The notes under the pieces: generated by a model
Databases searched by the model: none
What the model was told of the DNA's origin: nothing
Seen by the model: only the letters and a program-made list of their open reading frames with translations
Position numbers and translations under genes: made by a program
Assembly: GCA_036493875.1 (NCBI GenBank)
Contig: DASXPB010000050.1
Coordinates: 14,577 to 78,576, forward strand
DNA: 64,000 bases
Reading direction: 5' to 3'
Source: Thermoanaerobaculia bacterium
Lineage (GTDB): Bacteria > Acidobacteriota > Thermoanaerobaculia > UBA5066 > Gp7-AA6
Shown here: piece after piece, positions 33,338 to 40,036 of the stretch
Layout: each line of letters begins with the position of its first letter
How positions within the stretch are numbered: position 1 is the first letter of the stretch

Positions 33338-35256
33338 GGGGCGTTCTCCTCTTCTTTGTCTCCGGTCGACCAGCGGCGCGCGTGGATGCGCCGCTCGACC
33401 AGGTCGTCGGGCGAGAGCCGCTCGCCCGCGCGTTGGTTCGTGGAACGGATCCATTCCGGCGTGACGCCGTGGATGCGGAATGCCACCAGATCGTCGGGCT
33501 CGAGCGAGGCGTAGCCGAGTGCGCGGATCGCCGCGACGAACTCGGGCGTCACGCCGTGGATGCGGAAGGCGACGAGGTCGTCCGCCGAGAGATCGCCGAG
33601 GCCCTGGCTGCGCAGGGCGCGCGCGAACTCCGGGGTCGCGCCGTGGATGCGCAGAGCGACCGCGTCGTCCGCCGACAGGCGTTCGTAGCCGGCCTCGCGG
33701 AAGCCCTGGACGAATTCCGGGTCGGCGCCATGAATGCGCAGCGCGACCGCGTCGTCGGGCGAGAGCGTCCCGAAGTAGGCCTGGAGACTCCGCGCCGACT
33801 CCGGCGTCACACCGTGAATGCGGAGGGCGACGAGGTCGTCGAGCGGGACCTGGCCGTAGCCGAAGATCGCCGACATCTCCTTCGCGTACTCGGGGGTCAC
33901 GCCGTGGATGCGCAGGGCGACGAGCTGGTCCGGCGAGGAGCGCGCATAGCCGAGCGCGGCGATCTCGGCGATGAACTCGGGCGTCACGCCGTGGATGCGG
34001 AACGCGACGAGATCGTCCGGCGACAGGAGTCCTCGCACGGCCGGAGCAGGGCTGGCCTCGCCGCCCCGGGGCGCAGGCGCCGGCCTCCCGGTCCGCGAAG
34101 TCGCGGGAGCCGCCGGAGTCGGAGCCGTCGAAGAGGCCGCCGGCGTGGGAGAAGACGGGGGAGCCGGTGCGGCCGCGGGCGCCGTCTCCGGCGTCGGAAC
34201 CCGGGCGGCCGCTCCCAGGGCCAGGACCGCGCCCGCGATGAGGAGGCCGGCCGACGCCACGAGGCGGGGCGTGGCGGCCCCGGCGAGCTCGCGTCCCCGG
34301 GTCCCGCCGGGCGCGACGAGACGCGCGATGCGGTTCCAGAGGCGTCCGCCGTCCGCGGCGGCGGTGAGGACGGGGGCGATCACGGCGCGTCTTTGGGCCA
34401 GCTCCAGGAGCGCCCTCGCGTGGGCCGCGGCGTCGCCCGTGGCCTCGACCGCGAGGTCGTCGCAGGCGTTCTCGCGCTCGACCCGGATGCAGGAGGAGAC
34501 CCACCAGATCGCGGGGTGGTAGAAGAGCAGCGTCTCGGCGGCCGCCTGAAGCAGGCTGACCAGGGCGTCCCTTCGCCGGATGTGCGCGAGCTCGTGCGCG
34601 AGGAGCGACTCGAGCTGGCAGGCCGGCATCCCCGTCGCGATCCCGGCCGGGATCAGCACGATCGGCCGGACCACGCCGACGACCGTGGGGACGCGGACCG
34701 CGGCCGACTCGAGCAGCCGGATCCCGCGGCGAATGCCGAGAGTCCGCGCCAGCCGGGCGAGCCGCTCCTCCCAGGCCGAGTCCGCGCGGGCGGTCTGCCG
34801 GCGGGTCAGACTTCGCGCGGCCACGCAGCCCCCGAAGAGGCGCAGCGAGAAGGCGCAGACGCCGGCGAGCCAACCGGCCACGATCCACGGGGCGGCCTCG
34901 GCCAGGGCATCCGTCGACGGCGCCGGCGCCGTCGAGGAGTCGGGCGCAGGGGAGGCCTCGGGTGCGCCGCCCACGGCTCCCCGCGTCGCGCGAGATCCCG
35001 GGACCGCAAGGGCGACTCCAGCGGCGGCGGCCTCCCTCGACCGGAGTCGGGCGAACGTAGCGACGGGAAGCGTGCACAGGATCGCGAGCGCCGCGCACGC
35101 GGCGGAGTACCGCGCCCGGGCCGACGCGCGGCGGAGAAGTCGGTTCGCGATCGCGAGCAGGACGGCGACCCCGGCTCCCTGCCAGAGGAAGTGGATCAAC
35201 GCGAGCGCGGCCGAACGGGATGCCGGGTGGGTGGCGAAGGCGGCGAGCAGTCTCAT
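33334..35256 (-). CDS. BlaR1/MecR1-family M56 zinc-metalloprotease signal transducer with a non-canonical repeat sensor domain (640 aa)
   Basis: N-terminal TMs, HEXXH in LLAHELAHIRRRDALVSLL, and downstream FYHPAIWW...ERENACDD typical of Peptidase_M56. An Ala/Pro-rich linker is followed by 7.5 repeats (DDLVAFRIHGVTPEF...LGY) in place of a penicillin-binding sensor domain. ATGA overlaps with blaI upstream and the repeat protein downstream. Confidence 0.88.
   Translation of the reverse strand: MRLLAAFATHPASRSAALALIHFLWQGAGVAVLLAIANRLLRRASARARYSAACAALAILCTLPVATFARLRSREAAAAGVALAVPGSRATRGAVGGAPEASPAPDSSTAPAPSTDALAEAAPWIVAGWLAGVCAFSLRLFGGCVAARSLTRRQTARADSAWEERLARLARTLGIRRGIRLLESAAVRVPTVVGVVRPIVLIPAGIATGMPACQLESLLAHELAHIRRRDALVSLLQAAAETLLFYHPAIWWVSSCIRVERENACDDLAVEATGDAAAHARALLELAQRRAVIAPVLTAAADGGRLWNRIARLVAPGGTRGRELAGAATPRLVASAGLLIAGAVLALGAAARVPTPETAPAAAPAPPSSPTPAASSTAPTPAAPATSRTGRPAPAPRGGEASPAPAVRGLLSPDDLVAFRIHGVTPEFIAEIAALGYARSSPDQLVALRIHGVTPEYAKEMSAIFGYGQVPLDDLVALRIHGVTPESARSLQAYFGTLSPDDAVALRIHGADPEFVQGFREAGYERLSADDAVALRIHGATPEFARALRSQGLGDLSADDLVAFRIHGVTPEFVAAIRALGYASLEPDDLVAFRIHGVTPEWIRSTNQRAGERLSPDDLVERRIHARRWSTGDKEEENAP
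33337..34023 (-). repeat. In-frame tandem about 87-93-nt coding repeats (7 full units plus 1 truncated) forming the BlaR1-like C-terminal domain
   Basis: SPDDLVAFRIHGVTPEFIAEIAALGYARSSP / DQLVALRIHGVTPEYAKEMSAIFGYGQVPL / DDLVALRIHGVTPESARSLQAYFGTLSP / DDAVALRIHGADPEFVQGFREAGYERLSA / DDAVALRIHGATPEFARALRSQGLGDLSA / DDLVAFRIHGVTPEFVAAIRALGYASLEP / DDLVAFRIHGVTPEWIRSTNQRAGERLSP / DDLVERRIHARR... Confidence 0.9.
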
Positions 35257-35642
35257 TTCTTTTCCCCCTCGAGCGAGTCCAGGTAGGCCCGGATCCGCGA
35301 GATCTCTTCGGCGGAGGTCTTCCGGGAGCTCAACGCCTGCTGCACGAGCAGCGCCGCCGACCCGCCGAAGGCGCGCTCGAGGAGATCCCCGAGCAGCTGA
35401 CGCTGAGTCTGCTCGGCGGGGATCCGCGCCGCGTAGACGTGGGCCCGCTGGCTCTCGTCGCGGCGAACGAGGCCCTTCTCGGCCATGATCTGCAGGAGCT
35501 TCAGAACGGTGGTGTAGCCGAGCTCCCGGCCGCGGGCCAGGCGGTCGTGGACCTCGCGGACCGTGCTGGGGCCGCGCTCCCAGAGAACCCCCAGGATCTC
35601 GAGCTCCGCACCGGTCGGTCGCACCGTGGTCTTGCGCGTCAC
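35253..35642 (-). CDS. BlaI/MecI/CopY-family winged-helix transcriptional repressor (129 aa)
   Basis: Track ORF 35253..35846 trimmed to the in-frame GTG at 35642, preceded by GGAGGA at 4-nt spacing. VTRKTTVRPTGAELEILGVLWERGPSTVREVHDRLARGRELGYTTVLKLLQIMAEKGLVRRDESQRAHVYAA... matches the Penicillinase_R fold pattern. The stop overlaps the blaR1-like ATG (ATGA). Confidence 0.88.
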   Translation of the reverse strand: MTRKTTVRPTGAELEILGVLWERGPSTVREVHDRLARGRELGYTTVLKLLQIMAEKGLVRRDESQRAHVYAARIPAEQTQRQLLGDLLERAFGGSAALLVQQALSSRKTSAEEISRIRAYLDSLEGEKK

Positions 35643-35675
35643 GCGTTCCTCCGAATCCTTATACGAACGAGTTAG

Positions 35676-35691
35676 TACGAGGTTTTTCGTA
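35676..35691. promoter_or_regulatory. Candidate BlaI-family operator: dyad TACGA-N6-TCGTA, with an extra TACGA half-site at 35662-35666
   Basis: Read directly from the sequence: ATACGAACGAGTTAGTACGAGGTTTTTCGTAGACT. It sits 34-49 nt upstream of the blaI GTG, in the locally AT-richer divergent intergenic region. BlaI/MecI/CopY repressors bind TAC(A/G)-type inverted repeats. Confidence 0.4.
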
Positions 35692-35749
35692 GACTGGGAG
35701 AAAATCCGCGACGCCGGGCGGTGAGGGCGCGCGGCGGGGCCCGGGCCCC

Positions 35750-35755
35750 TATAAT
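35750..35755 (+). promoter_or_regulatory. Possible -10 box (TATAAT) for the divergent membrane-protein gene
   Basis: Perfect TATAAT 12 nt upstream of ATG 35768, which would give a very short or near-leaderless transcript. There is no convincing -35. Confidence 0.25.
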
Positions 35756-35767
35756 CGACGCACCCGA

Positions 35768-37324
35768 ATGAAGGAGCTCGCCGAGCACTGGCGGTTCCGG
35801 CCCCGCTGGGTCGAGACCGTGTTCCTGCTGCTGGTCTGCTCCGCACTGGCGGCGGCTGCCGCGGGCGCCTTTCCGACCCTCGACGACGCGTACCTGAACC
35901 TGCTTCTCCGGGAGCACGGCTCGCAGGGCGTCTTCCTGGGGCACCAGGACCGACCGGTGCTGGCCATTCTCCTGCGCGACGCCGCGACCACCTTCGGGAG
36001 CCACTTCTGGACGTTCGCGTTCCTCGCGAACGTGGTCCTCTGGACGACGGTCGGGATCCAGACCTGCATCCTGTGGCGGATGATGATGCCGGCCTGGTCG
36101 CAGTACGCGATCGTCGCCGGGCTCCTCTCGGTCGCGCCCATCGTGGTGAGGATCCAGCTGGTGACGGCCACCGTCACGCTCTTCGGGGTGCTGAGCGTCG
36201 TCCAGGTCTACGGCGGGCTGCTGACGCTGGTGGGTGCGCTCGGACGCAACAGCCGAGGCGGCATCGCGCTCGGGCTCCTGCTGTGCGCGCTCGGCGTGCT
36301 CCTGACCGAGTACGCCGTGGCCGCGAGCTGTGCGGTCGCCGTCCTCCTCATTTTCGCCTTCCCCGAGGTCTACCGGGGCGAGCGGCGGTTCTTCCTCCGC
36401 TGCGCGGTGGCGATCCTGGCGATCGCCGCGCTGGCCTACGTCTTCTTTCTGGTGATCTCGGATCTCGGGCAGCGGCCCGAGGTGGACCCGCGCCAGCGCC
36501 TGGATCGCGCCTCGATCGAGGGGTTCCCGTTCTCGCTCCTGACGTCTCTGTGGCAGGTTCTGGTCGGCGCGTACGGCACCAGCCTCGGAAGGATCGTCCT
36601 GGAGCGGGATTCGGCCAGCTCGATCGCGGCGGTCGTCGTCGGGCTCGTCGTCGCGGCGGCCGTCGGATGGATCCTCCGGCGCAAGGAGGCGGGGGGCCTC
36701 CCGGATCCGAGACGCATCCGGATGCTTCCCCTCTTCGCGGCGGTGGTCGCGGGCGTCGTGCCCGTCGCGCTCATGCGGCCCTACTCGCCGATCGCGTTCG
36801 CGACGCGGTTCTACCTCCCGATCCTCCCGACGGCGGTCGTCCTGACTCTCGGCGCGCTGCTCTGGTGCGTGAAGCCGCGCTTCCGCCGCGTTTCGGTGCT
36901 GTCGCTCGCCTTCCTCGGCGGTACGGCCCTCTTCACCGACTCCTTCGATGCGTGGCGGCACCAGCGGCGAATGGACGCGGCCGGCCGCGTGATCCGGGGA
37001 TCGCTGGCGCCCGAGGGGCTGACCGCGGTCGTCGTGTCGTCGGAGAAGATCTGCGAGGCGCCGGACTGGTGCACCGGGCAGGCCACGCGCGCGTGGCCCG
37101 TGGAGCTCGAGGAGCGCGTATGGATCTTCGACCCGGTGGAGGGCCGTCGGATCTTCGGGAGCCGCCACGGCGCCCCGTTTCCGCCGCCCCTCGACATCGA
37201 CGTGCGGTCGGTGCGCCGAGTCGGCGTGCCAAGCCGCGTGCTGTGGCTCGAGCCGGATGGCCGGGACTTTCGCCTCGAGCCGTATTACGGGAACGGGATC
37301 GAGCCGGGCTCTCCCCAGCCGTAG
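35768..37324 (+). CDS. Polytopic integral membrane protein, possible GT-C-like glycosyl/lipid transferase (518 aa); paralog of 40037..41698
   Basis: Many hydrophobic helices. A DD pair after TM1 (AFPTLDDAYLNLLLRE), then a C-terminal soluble domain of about 130 aa. Shares blocks with the 40037..41698 product (FP..DD, DRP, LPILP, RIFGxR, RLEPY). No family is firmly recognised. Confidence 0.7.
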   Translation: MKELAEHWRFRPRWVETVFLLLVCSALAAAAAGAFPTLDDAYLNLLLREHGSQGVFLGHQDRPVLAILLRDAATTFGSHFWTFAFLANVVLWTTVGIQTCILWRMMMPAWSQYAIVAGLLSVAPIVVRIQLVTATVTLFGVLSVVQVYGGLLTLVGALGRNSRGGIALGLLLCALGVLLTEYAVAASCAVAVLLIFAFPEVYRGERRFFLRCAVAILAIAALAYVFFLVISDLGQRPEVDPRQRLDRASIEGFPFSLLTSLWQVLVGAYGTSLGRIVLERDSASSIAAVVVGLVVAAAVGWILRRKEAGGLPDPRRIRMLPLFAAVVAGVVPVALMRPYSPIAFATRFYLPILPTAVVLTLGALLWCVKPRFRRVSVLSLAFLGGTALFTDSFDAWRHQRRMDAAGRVIRGSLAPEGLTAVVVSSEKICEAPDWCTGQATRAWPVELEERVWIFDPVEGRRIFGSRHGAPFPPPLDIDVRSVRRVGVPSRVLWLEPDGRDFRLEPYYGNGIEPGSPQP

Positions 37325-37351
37325 CCCCGGGCGTAGCGCTCGCGAATCGGA

Positions 37352-39043
37352 TCAGCGCGCGTCCATCCTCCACCAGGCGGGATCCACGTCCTTCGGCGCG
37401 CGAGCCAGGGCGTAGCCCGCCATCATCTTGAGGCGCTCGGGCAGCGAGTACGGACCGACCCAGCAGTGGGGCTGCCGCGGCCCGAACACGATCGTGCTCC
37501 CCGAGGCGGGACTCGCGGTCGAGAGAAATCCGTCGAGGAGATGGACGGCGTCGTTCAGGTAGTACGTGTCCATGTCGCCGGTCCAGATGTGAATCTTGCC
37601 GGCGAGCTTGGGGGCGAGCTGCGCCCAGTTCTTCTGGAGGTAGGCGTTCAGGTCCGTGTGCTCCTTCCAGTACGCCGCGGTCCCGTGGTCGATCGCGCCC
37701 GTCGCGGGATCGAAGACCGGCTGGAAGTAGCCGTCCTTCCCCATCGGCCCGTAGACGGCCTGCCAGCAATCCCAGTCCTCGCCCGACCGGCCGTGGTTGC
37801 CCATCGTGCGCTCGTACTTGAGCTGCTGCTTCATCGTCGAGAGGACCATCCCGTCGGGGGCGCGCTCGCCCGGGATCGGGACGGCGAGCCAGCCACCCTT
37901 GTCCGTCTTCGCCCACGCGTTATCCCACTCGTAGACGTTGACCATCTCGAAGTAGTGGAAGTCGACGGGATCGGGGCAGTAGGTGAACGTGCCGCCGAAG
38001 ACGTCCGGATAGAAGACCTGGAGGGCGAGGGACTCCCAGCCTCCGGTCGAGCCTCCCGAGAGGATCCGCGCCCAGGGCTGCGGGATCGCGCGAAAGTGGC
38101 TCTCGATGTACGGAATCAGCTCCTCGGTGATCGCGCGCCCGTAGGGGCCCATGTTGGGGGAGTCGATCGCGTAGGAGTCGTCGTAGTACGGCGTCGGATG
38201 CTGGAAGGTGACGAACAGCATGCGCGGGAAGTGGTCCGACTTCCAGGTCGAGACGAACTCGTCGCGCTGCCGCGCGCGTTCCTTCTGGCGCTCGGTCGTG
38301 TCTCCCTCGGGCTCCGTCGGCTCGCCGAAGCCGCCGGGGGCGGACAGGGTGAAGTGGCCCTGTTCGTAGTTCACGGGATAGGAGGTCGTCGTCTTGTCGT
38401 AGTCCCGGGGAAGCAGGATCGTCGCGCCGATCAGAATCGGGCGGCCCCAGAACTTCGACAGGAGCGGGCTCTCGAAGCGGATGCGCTTGACGTATTCGGT
38501 GTCGGGCGGCATCGCGATCGGGGCGATGACGCGGTCGAGCGTGAGCCGCACCGTTCCGCCGGCGCGGGGATCGAGCGAGATCTTCTTCGGCTCGCTGTAC
38601 AGGTTCCCGGGCGAGCGGGGGAAGTCCTGGCCCTCCCACTGGTCCATGTGGAGCTTCACGTCGTGCCCGTCCGCGCGATGAAAGGTCGTGTAGACGTTCA
38701 GCACCGCCTGGACGAAGTAGTCGCCCGGCGGGAGGTCCGAGAGATGGTCGAGGGGATAGCCCTCGCTGTTCGCGTCGATGGCGGCGGTCTGGCCCGGAGC
38801 GAATCCGGTGACGTCCTCGCCGAAGAAGGGGACCGAGCGGTACTGGCCGCCGGTCTTGCCGAACTGGAGTCGCGGCTCGCGCTTTCCGTCGCGGGTGATC
38901 ACGACGAAGACGCGCCCGTCGACGGGCTCCTTCCGGACCGATGCGGGGTACGAGAGCTCGAAGCGCAACGGGGCGGCGGCGAGCAGAGCCGAATAGAATA
39001 AGGAAAAAAGTAAGATAAAGCTAATTTTATTAGACATACGCAC
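37352..39043 (-). CDS. Secreted alpha/beta-hydrolase of the 'putative esterase' (esterase D/enterochelin-esterase-like) type (563 aa)
   Basis: Signal peptide MRMSNKISFILLFSLFYSALLAAAP. Nucleophile elbow G-G-S-T-G in RILSGGSTGGWESLALQ. GGAGGAGG SD. Start is GTG 39043 or ATG 39037. Only 12 nt downstream of the folD stop. Confidence 0.75.
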   Translation of the reverse strand: MRMSNKISFILLFSLFYSALLAAAPLRFELSYPASVRKEPVDGRVFVVITRDGKREPRLQFGKTGGQYRSVPFFGEDVTGFAPGQTAAIDANSEGYPLDHLSDLPPGDYFVQAVLNVYTTFHRADGHDVKLHMDQWEGQDFPRSPGNLYSEPKKISLDPRAGGTVRLTLDRVIAPIAMPPDTEYVKRIRFESPLLSKFWGRPILIGATILLPRDYDKTTTSYPVNYEQGHFTLSAPGGFGEPTEPEGDTTERQKERARQRDEFVSTWKSDHFPRMLFVTFQHPTPYYDDSYAIDSPNMGPYGRAITEELIPYIESHFRAIPQPWARILSGGSTGGWESLALQVFYPDVFGGTFTYCPDPVDFHYFEMVNVYEWDNAWAKTDKGGWLAVPIPGERAPDGMVLSTMKQQLKYERTMGNHGRSGEDWDCWQAVYGPMGKDGYFQPVFDPATGAIDHGTAAYWKEHTDLNAYLQKNWAQLAPKLAGKIHIWTGDMDTYYLNDAVHLLDGFLSTASPASGSTIVFGPRQPHCWVGPYSLPERLKMMAGYALARAPKDVDPAWWRMDAR

Positions 39044-39055
39044 GTTTCCTCCTCC

Positions 39056-39991
39056 TTATTGCCTTTTCCGAAGCCCCGCGGCGAGGACCGTATTCTCCAA
39101 CAGCTTCGCCACCGTCAATGGTCCGACTCCACCGGGGACGGGAGAGAGCCAGCGGGCGACCGGCACCGCGTCGTCGAAGTCGACGTCGCCGACGATCGCG
39201 CGGCCCTTCTCCCGCAGGATCCCGCGGATTCGCTCCGAGGCCCGGAGATTCGCGGGCGCGGACTCGAGCGAATCCAGGCGGTTGATGCCCACGTCGACGA
39301 CGGCGGCGCCCTCGCGGAGGAACTCGCGCGTGACGAAACCCGGGCGTCCGATGGCCGCGACGAGGATGTCCGCCTCGCGGCACGTCGCAGCGAGGTTCCG
39401 GGTTTTCGAGTGGCAGATCGTGACCGTGGCGTCGCGCGCCGTCAGGAGCGAAGCGACCGGTTTGCCGACGATGTCGCTCCGTCCGAGCACGACCGCCCGG
39501 GCCCCGGCGATCGGCACGCCGTAAGCCTCGAGAAGAGCCATGATTCCCGCGGGCGTGCACGGAACGAAGCGCGGCCGTCCCTGTTGAAGGAGCCCGACGT
39601 TCTCGGGGTGGAAGCCGTCGACGTCCTTCAACGGGTCGATCGCGTCGAGCACGCGCGCCGCGTCGTGTGCGGACGGAAGGGGAAGCTGGACCAGGATCCC
39701 GTCGACCCCCGGATCGGCGTTGGCCCGAGCGACCTCGGCGAGGAGTCCCTCCGGGGAGATGTCGCCCGGCAGCCGGAGCGTCTCGGCGTCGATGCCCGCC
39801 TCGAGCGCGGCCTTCGCCTTCGAGCCCACGTAGGCCATGGACGCCGGGTTCTCGCCGACGAGGAGCACTCGAAGGAAGGGAGTTGCGCCCCGGGCGGCGA
39901 TCTCCGCGGCCGCCACGCGCGCTCGCTCGCGGAGCGTCTTGGCCAGTGAAGCGCCGTCGAGAGACATGGCGCGCGACGAGGTCTCCGGCAT
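39056..39991 (-). CDS. folD: Bifunctional 5,10-methylene-tetrahydrofolate dehydrogenase/5,10-methenyl-tetrahydrofolate cyclohydrolase
   Basis: LLVGENPASMAYVGSKAKA, DGILVQLPLP, DPLKDVDGFHPENVGLL, VVLGRSDIVGKPVASLL, ICHSKT, SPVPGGVGPLTVAKLLENT are all classic FolD blocks. The alternative start at 39967 (MSLDGASLAK) is probably the true one. Confidence 0.95.
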   Translation of the reverse strand: MPETSSRAMSLDGASLAKTLRERARVAAAEIAARGATPFLRVLLVGENPASMAYVGSKAKAALEAGIDAETLRLPGDISPEGLLAEVARANADPGVDGILVQLPLPSAHDAARVLDAIDPLKDVDGFHPENVGLLQQGRPRFVPCTPAGIMALLEAYGVPIAGARAVVLGRSDIVGKPVASLLTARDATVTICHSKTRNLAATCREADILVAAIGRPGFVTREFLREGAAVVDVGINRLDSLESAPANLRASERIRGILREKGRAIVGDVDFDDAVPVARWLSPVPGGVGPLTVAKLLENTVLAAGLRKRQ

Positions 39992-40036
39992 CGGCGCGAG
40001 GATACCGAATCCGCGTGAGCGGCTGCGCGTGCGAGC

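Noticed and set aside
32285-34023. Regular 87-nt periodicity that could suggest a CRISPR array or VNTR
   Set aside because: The repeats are in-frame, diverged at synonymous and non-synonymous sites, have no unique spacers, and encode a coherent 29-aa protein repeat in two genes.
32282-35098. 938-aa minus-strand ORF spanning the repeat protein and blaR1 region
   Set aside because: Upstream of ATG 33337 it is out of frame with the well-supported M56 protein (33334..35256). The real product is the 351-aa signal-peptide protein.
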